The translations under genes were made by a program, and so were the position numbers. The notes under the pieces were generated by a model. That model was not told where the DNA came from and searched no databases. It worked only from the letters and a program-made list of their open reading frames with translations. Positions 8,218 to 19,456 of a DNA stretch of 64,000 nt are shown piece after piece; within the stretch, counting starts at the first letter, position 1; each line of letters opens with the position of its first letter. Source of the DNA: an uncultured Gammaproteobacteria bacterium (GTDB lineage: Bacteria; Patescibacteriota; Patescibacteriia; Veblenbacterales; UBA10138); the NCBI GenBank assembly GCA_964453605.1, contig CAYVOI010000001.1:676095-740094 (forward strand). The letters are read 5' to 3'.

Positions 8218-10452
8218 TCAAGGGAAAACCGCTAGTGCTACCCCGCCGCGAAACGCAGGGTCGGCCACAAAGAACTGCGACCTCACCTCCCCGCTACGGG
8301 TAAACATCCTCAGGTGCGGCCCGCCGCCCGCCCCCGGTGTAGTAATAAGCTCATTTACCCCATCGCCATCCACGTCTCCCACGGCCACGTTCACGCCACC
8401 GCGGAACGTTTTCGCATAGACCCAGAACTCCCTAAGAAGCTTACCTTTGTATGTATATACCCTCACCTGTGGCCCGCCACCGGCGCCGGGTGCTGTTACG
8501 ATATCAAGGGTACCATCACCATCCACGTCTCCCACGGCCACGTTCACACCACCGCGGAACGCCGTGGAATATGGATAAAATTCCGCCTTCTTGCGGCCAA
8601 ACTTATCAAACACTCTAACCGGTAAACGCACGCCGTTCTGGGGGGCAGTGACCACATCAGGTTCACCATCACCATCCAGGTCCCCCACCGCCACGTTAAC
8701 ACCGCCGGTGTAGCCCGGGTCGTAGGGCACGAACTGGTAGCGTAAAGCCCCTTGAACATCGAAGATGCGCACCAGATCCACCCCGCCCCGACCAGTGGCA
8801 GTCACGATATCCGCTTTACCATCGCCGGTGAAATCGCCCATAGCCACACTGACCCCGCCACGAAAGGCCTCGGCAAACGCCATGAACTGGGCCTTAAGCT
8901 CCCCACGTTGGTTGAAGATGCGTATGTGCGGCCCGCCGCCAGCGCGAGGCGCGGTTACAATGTCGGGTTCACCATCGCCATCCACGTCTCCCACGGCTAG
9001 GTTGATACCTTTAGTAAAGCTTGCGCTGTAGCTTAAGAAGGTTTGAATCTGTTCACCGGCCACGTCATAGGTCGCAACCTGGGCAGCCCCGCCAGACTGC
9101 GGTGCCACTACGACCGGGCTACTCACGGGGAAGCGTGCGCTACCGGCTAAATCCAGGGCCGCCTTGAGGTTGAGCCCGCGCCCCAGCTTACCCTCAAGCC
9201 CCGGGTTCTGCTGCGTGAGTTCATCACCCGAGGCAATGAGCACATCCCTGAGCTGTGATGGGCTGAGCCTGGGGTAGATGGACTTGAGGAACGCTAAGCT
9301 CCCCGAGACCATGGGAGCCGCTACGGAAGTCCCCGACCAGTACCCACCGTAGGGCGAGGTAAACCCCGGCTGGCCAGGAATGACAGCCTGCGTACTGTAG
9401 ATGCGCGTACCTGGCGCTGACAGGTCGATGCAGCGGCTACCGAAGTTAGAAAAGCTCGCCAGCTTACCCTGCTCATCGAGCGCGGCCACGCCTATGACTT
9501 CGTTCTCACCGTTCAGACCATCATCACACACCGGGTACTGCGGCTCATGGTCCATGTCGACCCCGAGCTGCTCTTCGTTACCAGCCGCTGCCACCACCAG
9601 GATGCCGGCTTGGTAGGCTTGGTTGATAGCGTCCTCCAAAATAGGGTCGGACAGTGTACCCACAAAGCTCAAATTTATAATGTCGGCTCGGTTCTTTATG
9701 GCGTAGAGTATACCCTTAGCGACGGTTACCGTGTCCCCCACACCCCGAGAGTCGAGTACGCGAATCGGCATTACCCGGGCGTCCCAAGCTACCCCGGCCA
9801 CGCCCGTGCCGTTGTTGCCGGCCGCAGCCGCCACGCCGGCTACAATGGTGCCGTGGTTCATGGCTACCTCGCTCCAGGTGCTGTCGAACTTGGGCCGGGG
9901 ATCTGGGATGTTCCGCACAAAATCCCAGCCAAATTGGTCGTCCACGTAGCCGTTACCGTCGTTGTCCAAGCCATCACCTGGTACCTCAAACGGGTTAAAC
10001 CACAGGTTTGGTTTAAGGTCGGGGTTGTCGATGTCAACACCTGAATCGAGGATGGCAATAATCGGCCGGAGGCTCGTCCCCTGCGGTTTGTCCCAGGCCA
10101 TGGGCGCCTTAATACGCGTAAGGTAGGGACGCTGCAGCTCAAAGTCAGGGTCGTTGGGAATCAGGCTGGCATGGTACTCCCGGAGCGCTGACACGCGCAC
10201 TGCACCAAGCTCACTCGTCAGGTAGTCAGTGGCCGCGGCTGTGCTCAAACGAGCTGAGCAGTGGTAACGTGCTACACCACCGGCTGGGAAAACGGCAGCC
10301 AGGGCGCATGATCCGCTGCGGCTTACGTGAGCGGGCACAGGAGTCGCCGTGGCGGCAGGTGTACGGTTAAAAAATCCCAACAAAAGTAAAACACCTGAGG
10401 TTGCCCCCAGGAGTAGGTAAGGTAAGCGTCGCACACCAAAAAACCGGTTCAT
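8218..10452 (-). CDS. Secreted S8 subtilisin-like protease with C-terminal FG-GAP/VCBS repeats
   Basis: Triad motifs ILDSG, NHGT, SGTSVAAP; five GD(V/F/L)xGDG...IVTAP repeats; likely start 10452. Confidence 0.9.
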   Translation of the reverse strand: MNRFFGVRRLPYLLLGATSGVLLLLGFFNRTPAATATPVPAHVSRSGSCALAAVFPAGGVARYHCSARLSTAAATDYLTSELGAVRVSALREYHASLIPNDPDFELQRPYLTRIKAPMAWDKPQGTSLRPIIAILDSGVDIDNPDLKPNLWFNPFEVPGDGLDNDGNGYVDDQFGWDFVRNIPDPRPKFDSTWSEVAMNHGTIVAGVAAAAGNNGTGVAGVAWDARVMPIRVLDSRGVGDTVTVAKGILYAIKNRADIINLSFVGTLSDPILEDAINQAYQAGILVVAAAGNEEQLGVDMDHEPQYPVCDDGLNGENEVIGVAALDEQGKLASFSNFGSRCIDLSAPGTRIYSTQAVIPGQPGFTSPYGGYWSGTSVAAPMVSGSLAFLKSIYPRLSPSQLRDVLIASGDELTQQNPGLEGKLGRGLNLKAALDLAGSARFPVSSPVVVAPQSGGAAQVATYDVAGEQIQTFLSYSASFTKGINLAVGDVDGDGEPDIVTAPRAGGGPHIRIFNQRGELKAQFMAFAEAFRGGVSVAMGDFTGDGKADIVTATGRGGVDLVRIFDVQGALRYQFVPYDPGYTGGVNVAVGDLDGDGEPDVVTAPQNGVRLPVRVFDKFGRKKAEFYPYSTAFRGGVNVAVGDVDGDGTLDIVTAPGAGGGPQVRVYTYKGKLLREFWVYAKTFRGGVNVAVGDVDGDGVNELITTPGAGGGPHLRMFTRSGEVRSQFFVADPAFRGGVALAVFP

Positions 10453-10515
10453 GGTCTCTCTACTATACAAAAACGCCGACTGGTTGTAAACCAGCAGGTA
10501 CGGCTTTTGCCCATA

Positions 10516-10550
10516 CCATAAACCCTCCACCGTCAGTGGAGGGTTTATGG
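10516..10550 (-). terminator. Intrinsic terminator-like hairpin
   Basis: Perfect 15-bp stem CCATAAACCCTCCAC/GTGGAGGGTTTATGG, 5-nt loop, downstream of the 10588 stop. Confidence 0.7.
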
Positions 10551-10587
10551 GTTAGCGCTGCTTAGGGTACGAACTAGTGGCGCTCTG

Positions 10588-11724
10588 CTAACGTGTGGCG
10601 CCCGAGTAAGCAATAGCCCGCACGGCATCCCAATCCGAGGCCGAGCTCGGGTTGTAGCCGTAGATGGCCTTAAAGCTCTTAATTGCCACCTTCTCAGAAG
10701 CCAGGTTACGCACGCCGATGCGCAAGCCGTAAGCCATAATGGTAATGGCCGCGTCGTCATGGGTACTGGCGCTGCGGTTGGGGTTACGCAGGTAGATCTT
10801 CTTAAAGACACTCTGCATAGCCTGCTCACGAGCAGGATTGGTTAGGCCTGGGAAGCGGCCGTTGGCAATCTTCAATACGTCGTCCCAATCAGCCTGGCTA
10901 TCCGGCACGTGCCCGAAGGCCGCCCGGAAGCTATTTACTACGCCAGCGCGCTCACCAGCGCCTAAGGCGACGGTGGTGGGGGTGCCGTAGGTAACGAAGT
11001 TCACCACTCGTGCACGAGTAGCGGCTGGTGTTCCGGCCACCACCACCCGGGCCACGAGTGTGCTATCGTATCGCTGTTCAAGGCCAGTGTCGCGGCTCAT
11101 CCCCACATTGCCAGCCAGAACTTCGGCCGTCTGTGAAGTCACCGTGGCCGATTCCTGCAGGATGGTGATAATCTGCTGGGCGCGTTCGTCCGCTTGGGTT
11201 GGCAGGGTAACCGGTGGCGTTGTAGTTGGTGGCGTGGTTGTTGGTGTGGTTGTCGTAGCGCCACCACCTCCGCCGCCTCCACCCCCACCTCCTCCTCCGC
11301 CGCCGCCTCCACCCCCACCGCAAATGTTGCTGCGTGGAGTAATGGTGTAGGTAGCCGCGGTCGAAGGCAGCTCCAGGTAGCTCGTACCCGGGGTCGAGTT
11401 GGTAGCGCAGGTTAAGGTCACCCCAGAGGCGGTCGCTTCAAGCGAGCCTACGCTGCTATCGGACGAGCCGATCTTAAAGGTATTGGTAGCGTCGGGATTG
11501 GTAACGGTAAAGGTGCCGCTCGAAAAGTTCCAGCTCTCCGCTTTAGAACCGTTCAATATGAGAAGGTTAACGGTGCCAGAACCAAACGTTACACCAGACA
11601 CGGTGATGTTTCCGTTGGCCACGAAGTCAGTCGTGGCGGCAAAAGCAGGGAATGCCACCAAGCTTATGCCCAATCCAGCAGCCGCCGCAGCGGCCACTAA
11701 CCTAAATCGTTTTTTCATAGGCAT
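10588..11724 (-). CDS. Secreted surface protein with poly-Gly/Thr-Pro linker and C-terminal helical domain
   Basis: Signal peptide (AFA), about 20 Gly then TTTP linker, C-terminus GAGERAGV...AIAYSGATR. Confidence 0.8.
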   Translation of the reverse strand: MPMKKRFRLVAAAAAAGLGISLVAFPAFAATTDFVANGNITVSGVTFGSGTVNLLILNGSKAESWNFSSGTFTVTNPDATNTFKIGSSDSSVGSLEATASGVTLTCATNSTPGTSYLELPSTAATYTITPRSNICGGGGGGGGGGGGGGGGGGGGATTTTPTTTPPTTTPPVTLPTQADERAQQIITILQESATVTSQTAEVLAGNVGMSRDTGLEQRYDSTLVARVVVAGTPAATRARVVNFVTYGTPTTVALGAGERAGVVNSFRAAFGHVPDSQADWDDVLKIANGRFPGLTNPAREQAMQSVFKKIYLRNPNRSASTHDDAAITIMAYGLRIGVRNLASEKVAIKSFKAIYGYNPSSASDWDAVRAIAYSGATR

Positions 11725-11748
11725 AATCCGTAAAAGGATTGGCTAAGC

Positions 11749-12774
11749 TTAGCGGGTAACGGTCAAGGTGTACGTATCGCTGGCTCTATCGACTGCGCTA
11801 CCCGACAAGTTACAGAGCTGGTACCGTGAGGTGTTAGTTGCAGTCACCCGACCAATTAAGAAGACGCCGGCTTGTAGAGCAGTCGCAGACGTTACCGTGA
11901 CGCCGTCGCCGAGCGCGGCGCCCGTGGTGGTTACGTCAGAGCTATCGGCGGTACATGCTGCGCTGTTAACTGAGGCTAGGTCCACGGTAGAGGTACCAGT
12001 CGCTACCGCCAGACGAACCGTACCGGTAGCATCTTGCATAGTCCACGTACGCGCAGCGGTCAGATCAGCACTGGTGACCTTGCCATCAAACGTGGCAGCG
12101 CCACCTGTTTTGGGGGCCACCGTTATCGTATCGGCGTTCGCCGTGTTGGTAGCCAAGGTGAAAACGCTGTCAGTGCCATTGCTAATGGTTTCACCGTTCT
12201 GGAGCCGAATGTCGGCCGTGCCGTAGTCAACCGCCGAAGGTGAGCCGTAGTCAGTGGTGGCGGCGTGGAACAGGTCTAGGCCGTAGTTAAAGTGGCTACC
12301 GGCCGTAGAGTTAAAGTACTGAACGCCATAGGCGGCGTTAGGGGTAAGGGCACCGCTGTCCCCACCTAAGACCGCCATGAAAGCCGCATCGGCCACGGAC
12401 AGGTCACCCACCTCACCAATCACACCGGCTTTGGCGCCGGTTGAAGCGTCACTGGTTGTTACAGAGTAGGAACCAATCACACCGGCATGGTAGGAGGAGG
12501 TGGTGTTGGTGAGCGTATCACCCATAAAGTTACCCATCATACCAGCGTGGTAGGTGCTGGTGCCGCCAGCGTTACCCGCGTAGGTCATGTCACCAGAAAC
12601 TGACTGCTGCGAACCGGTGGCTGAGGTAGCTCGGCTGATGGTGGAGTATATGGTGCCGGCAGTTGATATGTTGCTGCCAATGGTGGTAGCAGCGTAGACG
12701 GCTGAAGCCGCCAGGACAGTGGCGAGGGCGACCGTGGACACAGCCAGGGCACGCCTCTTGAGTGTGTTCTGCAT
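11749..12774 (-). CDS. Secreted Ser/Thr/Ala-rich surface protein
   Basis: Signal peptide ending AVYA-ATTIGSNI; beta-rich composition. Confidence 0.75.
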   Translation of the reverse strand: MQNTLKRRALAVSTVALATVLAASAVYAATTIGSNISTAGTIYSTISRATSATGSQQSVSGDMTYAGNAGGTSTYHAGMMGNFMGDTLTNTTSSYHAGVIGSYSVTTSDASTGAKAGVIGEVGDLSVADAAFMAVLGGDSGALTPNAAYGVQYFNSTAGSHFNYGLDLFHAATTDYGSPSAVDYGTADIRLQNGETISNGTDSVFTLATNTANADTITVAPKTGGAATFDGKVTSADLTAARTWTMQDATGTVRLAVATGTSTVDLASVNSAACTADSSDVTTTGAALGDGVTVTSATALQAGVFLIGRVTATNTSRYQLCNLSGSAVDRASDTYTLTVTR

Positions 12775-13134
12775 ACGTAAGGTAAGTTAAGAATTTAGTG
12801 TGCCCACGACAAGTGTGGGCGAGGGTACTGAAATTTGGTATCTGTGTTTTAGGAACCGCGCGTCCGTTATGAGGGTAAACGGGTCGGCGTGCTGTCCTCT
12901 ACCTTAGGCAACTCGACCACTTTGCTGAAAGGTACAGGAACAAAAACAAGCAAAACAAAGAACCTCTAACCCCTCACGGGGTTACAGGTTACGTTACTCA
13001 AAGTAGTAGTAACAGGTCTGGACACTGACGATTGGTTAAGTGTTTAGGCCCTCTACTAAAACACCCACACAGGTAATAGTAAACCAAGGCAGCATAGAAT
13101 CAAACCGCCAACTGTGGATAACTCAATCCGCTGC

Positions 13135-13833
13135 TCACGGCCGGGCGCTAAGCCTCGCCAGCTCAAGCTTAGCTACCTGGTCTTTGGGGTCGTGGCTCAG
13201 CACGTAACGCCACTCCAGCTTCGCCCCGGCGATGTCGCCCACGTCCTCGAGGTAGCGAGCAAAGGTACGGTGCAGGTCAAGCTCGTTGCTAGTGGCTTTG
13301 AACGCGCGAGCAAACAGCGCGCGCAGGTCTGTGTCGGTACCCCCGAGCTTGTAACGCGTAAGGTCAATGAGCTTACCCCAGTTCACCGTTATGGTAGGTT
13401 CTAGTAAGACTGCCTTCTCCAGCGCCGCCTTAGCCAGAGCAGGACTACCCATAGTTTGGTAGAGTGTGCCTAAGTTCCCCCACGGCACGGCAATAAAGGG
13501 ATTTTGCTGGGCCGCCTTGAGATAGGCTTGGCGAGCGTGCTCAAGCTCACCTAAAAACTGGTAGCTATTACCCAAGTTGAGGTACAGTTCGCTTAAGTTA
13601 ACTCCCTCTTTACCAGCCTGGGCAGTAAGCTCAGTTTGGTAGTCAGCAATCCGAGAACGCACCACCGCCTGGTCGTGAGCGCTGAGGTGCGTATCAATAT
13701 GTTCAATGAGCCCGCCTTGGTTTGGGGCTGGGGTCGTCCCATTGGAGACCATGCGGAGGGCAGCATACACCCCCACGGCAATAAGTAGGGCGGCGGCTGT
13801 TAGAAACACCTTAAGCTTTCGGTCTATCACCAT
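13135..13833 (-). CDS. Membrane-anchored TPR protein
   Basis: N-terminal TM helix; TPR motifs YLNLGNSY..G..A..AY.KA..P and WGNLGTLY. Confidence 0.8.
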   Translation of the reverse strand: MVIDRKLKVFLTAAALLIAVGVYAALRMVSNGTTPAPNQGGLIEHIDTHLSAHDQAVVRSRIADYQTELTAQAGKEGVNLSELYLNLGNSYQFLGELEHARQAYLKAAQQNPFIAVPWGNLGTLYQTMGSPALAKAALEKAVLLEPTITVNWGKLIDLTRYKLGGTDTDLRALFARAFKATSNELDLHRTFARYLEDVGDIAGAKLEWRYVLSHDPKDQVAKLELARLSARP

Positions 13834-13992
13834 AGCATTGCTATTAATGGTAAGCTCCCTAGCCTACCTCAGGCAAGCGCAGTAACCTCAGAGCGCCTAA
13901 CAACAACCCCGCCCCGGGGAACAGCCGGGGCGGGAATTGCTTGTTCCAGGGTCATCCGCCTTGGGCGGACAGCCTAGAGAACGTTTAGGTTA

Positions 13993-16900
13993 CTACTGCT
14001 TGGTGATAGTACCAAGGGTTGGCTTACCGTCAACGTACAGTCCAGTGGATGTGTCGAGGAAGTCACCATCTTGGTTAGCATCGTAACCAAGAGCAGCCTC
14101 AGTCACTGAGTACTTGAGGTTACCCAGGGTAGACACTGACAGCGCAAAGCTATCACCACTGGCTACGCTCGTCGCAGTGCTCAGTCCAATGGTCAGGTAA
14201 CGATAGGCACCACCGTTAATGGTAATGCTGCTCGTTAGTGTACCGAAGGCTACCGAGTCACTGGAGCTCACCTTGAGTGAGTTCGCCGTGTAATCAGACG
14301 AGTTCTCGCTCGAAGCGTAAACAGTGTAGCGCGCAGCGGAGCCGGTGTGGGTACCACCATCCGTGAACGAGGCATCGGTCAGGGTAACCTGCTTCGAGCC
14401 GTTGTTCTGGATCTTGAACTGACCAATGTAGGTGTTGGTGGTTACGGTCTGAGTCACCGACGAGGTCGGAGCAAAGGCCGACACCACCACGCCGAACGGC
14501 ACAATGTTGGTGTGGGCAGGGCCGGTGTTGTTCAAGTTGCCACCAGCGTAGGTTGGGGCAGTAGCTGTCTGCACGCCCTTAGCCGTAATGTCGTTACCGG
14601 TCGTCATGTCGAGCTTCATGTAGAAGTCGTCACCGAGCTTGGACACACCTTCGTGGCCGATGTCTGCCTTAGCGTAGATCGTTACCGGCGTACCGGGGTC
14701 GATTGCCGCAGGGAGCAGGTTGTCGGTCGCGGTCCAGGTGTTGTTGCAAGCGTTGCTTGAGCAGGTAGCGAACTGGCTAGCCGTAGCGAATGGATTGGCA
14801 TCCACCGCCGCGCTGCCTACCTGACGGTAGAGCGCTAGGTTCAGAACGTCGTTCTGGTTCAAGCTGGTACCCGCTGCCCTGAGGGTCAGCGAGGTAATCT
14901 TCTGGCTCTCGTACTGAGCGGCCAGCTGGAAGGCGAAGTAGGTGCCACCACTGGTGGACACGTTTACCACCTGGGCAAGCGCCGGCGTAGCGCCGGTGCC
15001 CGTCACCAGCGAACCGGTGAGCGTACCACCTGAGGCTACGGTAATGGTCTGACCAGTACCTGACCCGAAGGTTGGGGTGCTGATCGAGTTACCAGTGTCG
15101 TTGCCAGTGGCAGTGACGTGGGCGGTGTTGCTGGCCACCTTGTAGGTGTGGCTCGTACCGGTGGAGGCAATAACATTACCAACCAGTACCAAAGTTACGT
15201 TAGACGACGTTGATACAATAATGGGGTTGGTGAAGTTAAAGCTCACCGTGTTGGCGTTGGTCGCCGTTGACGAGCTGGTCTGTAGCGGAGTCTTACTGGC
15301 GTCGGCCGCGTTGTACATCCAGAGGTTGTTCACACCGCTGTAGTCCGAGCCTGAGCCCAAGGTGTCCGTCACAATAATGGTAGACACGCGTACGTTTTCA
15401 CCCGAGCTCTGAGCATTGAGCTCAAGGCGGGCGAACTCGACGTTGTTGGTGCCTGCCACCACGGAGGTCGCGACTGGTTGAGCCAGCGTTGACACCTTAA
15501 TGGCAGCGGTCTTGACCGAGCGAGTGAGGCTCGACACCGTACCAACACCCGGGTCTACCAAGTCGTTCGTCACAATGCGCTTAACCTGCGTGACGTCAAA
15601 GGCGTTCACGAAGTAAGCATCGCTCGTAGTGGCGCTGGAGCTGACGGAGACCTCGATGGTCACCACGCTCTTAACGCCGGACTTGATAATAGGGTAGCTG
15701 GAGAGGGTGATGCTGTTCACCGTACCGTTAGCAGCAAAGGTAGAGGCAGCGGCACTGTACACCGTGGAGCCGTCAACCTTTACGTACACCGTACCGGTGA
15801 GGTTGGTGGAGCCAGTGTTCTGGTTCAAACCAAAGCTCACCTTGCGAACTTCCATGTCCTCACCGTTGGCCTGGATGTCGTACTTACCGAGCACGACGCT
15901 GTTAGCACCCGGTACCACGGCCTGGCTCGGGGAGTCAGAGCTGCGGGAGAGGGTCAGCGTACCAGAACCAATGGTCACCTTGTTGTAGGTGCTGGTGGAA
16001 TCACCGATCGGGAAGCTGGTGTCGTTCGAGCCAGCCGTCGGCAGGATGCCGGAGTTGGTCGAGACGCCGCGGATGTCTACATCGTAATCGTTGTAGACAG
16101 TCCACTGGGCAGTGCGGTTCGCACCGTCAATGATAATACCACGAACGGTAAAGTCCTTGGTCTGGCCCTTATCGATCGGGAAGGGGTTAGCCGACAAGTC
16201 GAACCAAACACCCTTGGACATAACCTGAGCGGTAGCGAGCACGGTACCATTCTGTACCAGCTGCATATCCTTCATATCGGTGTCAGCCGCTGTACCATTG
16301 TTGTAGAGCCTGAGGCCGTAGAGCTTCACCACCTCGTTGGAGGAGGTCTCTTGCAGCCTAAACTTGGCTTGCTCCTGCTCGCTGGCAGCATCAACGTTTA
16401 GGGTGATGCCCGAAGCGTTGAGGGGCTGTTCATCAACCGTCACAGCAGCCAGGGAGCTCGAGCCATCTACCACGCTCATGGTGTTACTCGTGAGCGGGAA
16501 GGTGCCGGACACGGTAGCGCCGTTGGTCATAACATCAGCCGCCGAAGCAATGGCGAAGCTGACCGTACCGGTGTAAGAACCGGAGGCGAGGTTCACCTTT
16601 ACCCACACGGCCGTGGTCTGGCCAGCCGATACCATAATGGGGTCGCTGGAGAGGTTCATGATAGCAACGCCATCAGCCCCCAAGGTCGTAACCACGTTGC
16701 CGTAGCGGCGACTATTGGCAAACACCGAGATACCAGACACCTTGCTGTTGGCAAGGAAGCCCATCTTGGTGAGCTTGAGCTGCTTAACGTTGACTGCGCC
16801 GTCGCTTCCGGCAGTGACGTTGAACTTGAGGATAGCGTTGTAGGCGCTACCAGTTGCAATCGTCATGCTGACGGGAGTGTCAGAGGCTAGCGCCACTGAC

Positions 16901-17655
16901 AGCCCGGTGCCAGCACCAGGGGTGATAACTGAAGCACCGCCCGAAACGTTAACCAGGGCCGACTCCTGACCGGTGATGGAAGCACCATCCGGGTAGGCGA
17001 TGTCGGTGGTCACGCCGAAGGTTGAGCTCCTGATCCAGTTAGCGGTCGCGGCTGCGGCCGAGGCGAATGGGCGCCGGGTGCCGGCGCTGATGTAGTACCA
17101 CTGGCTGGGGTTCGAGGCGTAGTTCACCACTGCCCCGGTGGGGTGCATATCAGAGCTGATAGCAGTACCCATCGAGTAGTTGACGAAGAAGGCATCGGCG
17201 ACGTCCACAATGTGCTTGTTCCACATTGGGCCCCAGAGCTTCATGGCCCGGGCTTCGCTGTCGATAGCGCGGAGCTTGCCGCCTGGTTCAACGGCGTAGA
17301 CCTTCGGGTCAGTAGTAATCTTCACGAGCCAGGTACCGGGCCTCATGGTGACGTTGCCACCAATCGGGTAGGACGAAAGCTCAGAGAAGGGAACGGTCTT
17401 CACCGTAGAGAAATCCGCGTACCAGGACATGTAGGTGTTCTGGTTCGGGAAAACAAAACGCTTTGCGCCGTCGAAGTAGTACACGGCGCGGCAGGGGTCG
17501 TTAACACCCGAGCCTACCGGACAGGCCAACTTGATGAGGTCACCGGCCATGGCAGCGGCGGACACTGGCGAAGCCAGCAAGCCACCAAGCCCCAGCGTGG
17601 AAACCGCAGTCAAAGTCGAGACTGCGACGGAGAAAGCTTTCTTGAAATTAGACAT
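13993..17655 (-). CDS. Large secreted S-layer-like protein (1220 aa)
   Basis: Signal peptide; N-terminal AVYY..KRFVFPN...LVKITTDPKVYAV repeats; many Ser/Thr-rich beta-sandwich segments. Confidence 0.8.
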   Translation of the reverse strand: MSNFKKAFSVAVSTLTAVSTLGLGGLLASPVSAAAMAGDLIKLACPVGSGVNDPCRAVYYFDGAKRFVFPNQNTYMSWYADFSTVKTVPFSELSSYPIGGNVTMRPGTWLVKITTDPKVYAVEPGGKLRAIDSEARAMKLWGPMWNKHIVDVADAFFVNYSMGTAISSDMHPTGAVVNYASNPSQWYYISAGTRRPFASAAAATANWIRSSTFGVTTDIAYPDGASITGQESALVNVSGGASVITPGAGTGLSVALASDTPVSMTIATGSAYNAILKFNVTAGSDGAVNVKQLKLTKMGFLANSKVSGISVFANSRRYGNVVTTLGADGVAIMNLSSDPIMVSAGQTTAVWVKVNLASGSYTGTVSFAIASAADVMTNGATVSGTFPLTSNTMSVVDGSSSLAAVTVDEQPLNASGITLNVDAASEQEQAKFRLQETSSNEVVKLYGLRLYNNGTAADTDMKDMQLVQNGTVLATAQVMSKGVWFDLSANPFPIDKGQTKDFTVRGIIIDGANRTAQWTVYNDYDVDIRGVSTNSGILPTAGSNDTSFPIGDSTSTYNKVTIGSGTLTLSRSSDSPSQAVVPGANSVVLGKYDIQANGEDMEVRKVSFGLNQNTGSTNLTGTVYVKVDGSTVYSAAASTFAANGTVNSITLSSYPIIKSGVKSVVTIEVSVSSSATTSDAYFVNAFDVTQVKRIVTNDLVDPGVGTVSSLTRSVKTAAIKVSTLAQPVATSVVAGTNNVEFARLELNAQSSGENVRVSTIIVTDTLGSGSDYSGVNNLWMYNAADASKTPLQTSSSTATNANTVSFNFTNPIIVSTSSNVTLVLVGNVIASTGTSHTYKVASNTAHVTATGNDTGNSISTPTFGSGTGQTITVASGGTLTGSLVTGTGATPALAQVVNVSTSGGTYFAFQLAAQYESQKITSLTLRAAGTSLNQNDVLNLALYRQVGSAAVDANPFATASQFATCSSNACNNTWTATDNLLPAAIDPGTPVTIYAKADIGHEGVSKLGDDFYMKLDMTTGNDITAKGVQTATAPTYAGGNLNNTGPAHTNIVPFGVVVSAFAPTSSVTQTVTTNTYIGQFKIQNNGSKQVTLTDASFTDGGTHTGSAARYTVYASSENSSDYTANSLKVSSSDSVAFGTLTSSITINGGAYRYLTIGLSTATSVASGDSFALSVSTLGNLKYSVTEAALGYDANQDGDFLDTSTGLYVDGKPTLGTITKQ

Positions 17656-18317
17656 GTATGAAGTATTCCTTTATGCAGGGTGCGGGTAAGAGTATAGGGT
17701 TAGGACAAAGCTCAAGCTCTACCCGTCGCTTTACTCCACACGTACCCTGTAGTTTTAAGTCTGGAGCTCATCCTCTCGTGGCTACCAACCTGTTACAGCT
17801 GGGCCACCTCGACCTTTCGGTAGAGGACTATCCGACTCACGTTCCTGAGTTTGCACAAACCATAGGTGACAGCGTACGCCAAGCTCCCTGAACCTGCACA
17901 CACGGGGGCGCTCTTCAGGTGGCAACACACGGAGTTCCGTTCTTCATCAAGCCGCCCATGGGTGATTGAATCCCGCCTTACGACAGGACAACCTTCACCA
18001 GGGCCGCCCGCCGGCCAGACTGTTTGGCACGAAAGTAAAATTAGTACTTCGTGCCACAGCTATCGTTCTACATATAGAACGTGTGGCGGGCAGGTGCCTG
18101 GTGAGAGGGCTAAATAACCCAGCCAGATAGAGAAGGAACCTGTGGTACAGCTCACCTTTGTGCTCCCTCGAGGTGGTAGCTCGCGGCAGCTTACGGGTAA
18201 CGCTGGTACACTACGGTTGCGCTAGAAAAGAACGTGAGGGGGGTCGTCTGACCCCGTGGCTATGCTCAAAACGCTTCAAGCAGAACCACGGAAGCGGACC
18301 TTGGCCGCCGCTAACAA

Positions 18318-19448
18318 TTACTGCGGTGTGGGCTGGTTTGTGTTCGGAGTAGTAGTATCGGGTATAGTGGTCGGTACATTGGCTCCTGCCCCACCACTCG
18401 TAGTGTCTGGCGTAACTGCTGGGGCAGTGTTCTGGTCAGTAGCGCCTTGCACCTGCCCAGGCTCAGTCGCCGGCGCTTCGGCTTTATCAACCGCCGCTTC
18501 ACTCTTTACAGTAATGTCTTCACTCTCCTGCACCTTCTGAAGTGCCAGGCTAAATTCTTTCTTCTGCACCAAGTCCCTGGCCTCGGTCAGCGTCTTCTTA
18601 GCCTCAAGGGTAGCCACCTGTACAGGGACAATAGTCTGCCTAGCTTCTAACACCACGCGTGGGCTGGGTTTGGATTCAGGAAAGGTTGCTAGTTTGCTGT
18701 CCACGCCGTCGAGCTTAGCTTCTACTTTAGTAATCTGGGATTCAAGCCTGGTCGCCACCGCCGCGGGCAGCACGCCGTTGGCGCCGCTCTGGTGCGCTGC
18801 TACCAAGAACGCTACTGCTTGTGAAGAGAGCTTATCAGTAAGTGCCACGGCAATACCGTAAGGAACTTGAGCTGCGGTCTCAGGGTGCACCCGAGCCAAC
18901 CCGTGGAAAAGTCGCTCTACCTCTTCGTCGTACTGGAGCGCCAGCGAACTCGTCGGCTGGGTAGCTTGGAGCGCGGCTTCAGCAAACCCCAAGTCAACGT
19001 TGTAGTCCTTAAGCAAGCTAGCTTGAGTCACTAGGCTGCTCGGCGTAACGCTACCCACTTCGTCCAATCGGCGAGACGCCAGGGTCAGGTGGTACAGCCC
19101 CTGCGATTCAGGCGTAGCTTGTAGCGCCAGTTCAACGCGCTCCACTGAACGCTTCATGGGGTACCAGAAACTGCCCGGGCCACTGGTCTGGAGCGCATTA
19201 GCGAGCGGTGCCCAAGCAAACACCACTGCCAGCACCGCCACCGTCACAGGTACCAAGGGGAGTGGTGCTAAGCTCAAACGTACGTTAGCCAACTGCAAGC
19301 GGAAACTTTCACCAAACGTAAACTCCCGCTGTGTTTGGGTAGCGGTTACGTTGAGTAACTGTTCACGAGCCTGCTCACGCCACAAAGCCGGCGCCCGGCG
19401 TAGCGTGTGCAGTTCCTGCAGCTGGTGTATGAGGTTTCGGTCTGACAT
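18318..19448 (-). CDS. DUF5667-type membrane protein, probable anti-sigma factor
   Basis: TM helix then PGSFWYPMKRSVE...RRLDE motif; directly downstream of the ECF sigma gene. Confidence 0.7.
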   Translation of the reverse strand: MSDRNLIHQLQELHTLRRAPALWREQAREQLLNVTATQTQREFTFGESFRLQLANVRLSLAPLPLVPVTVAVLAVVFAWAPLANALQTSGPGSFWYPMKRSVERVELALQATPESQGLYHLTLASRRLDEVGSVTPSSLVTQASLLKDYNVDLGFAEAALQATQPTSSLALQYDEEVERLFHGLARVHPETAAQVPYGIAVALTDKLSSQAVAFLVAAHQSGANGVLPAAVATRLESQITKVEAKLDGVDSKLATFPESKPSPRVVLEARQTIVPVQVATLEAKKTLTEARDLVQKKEFSLALQKVQESEDITVKSEAAVDKAEAPATEPGQVQGATDQNTAPAVTPDTTSGGAGANVPTTIPDTTTPNTNQPTPQ

Positions 19449-19456
19449 GCGAAAGT

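Noticed and set aside
8300-9010. Recurring ~30-bp DNA repeats as a CRISPR array
   Set aside because: They are in-frame FG-GAP/VCBS protein repeats with degenerate third positions.
11260-11320. CCN tracts (also about 48258-48290) as phase-variable repeats or poly-Pro ORFs
   Set aside because: They are mixed-codon poly-Gly linkers of minus-strand surface proteins.
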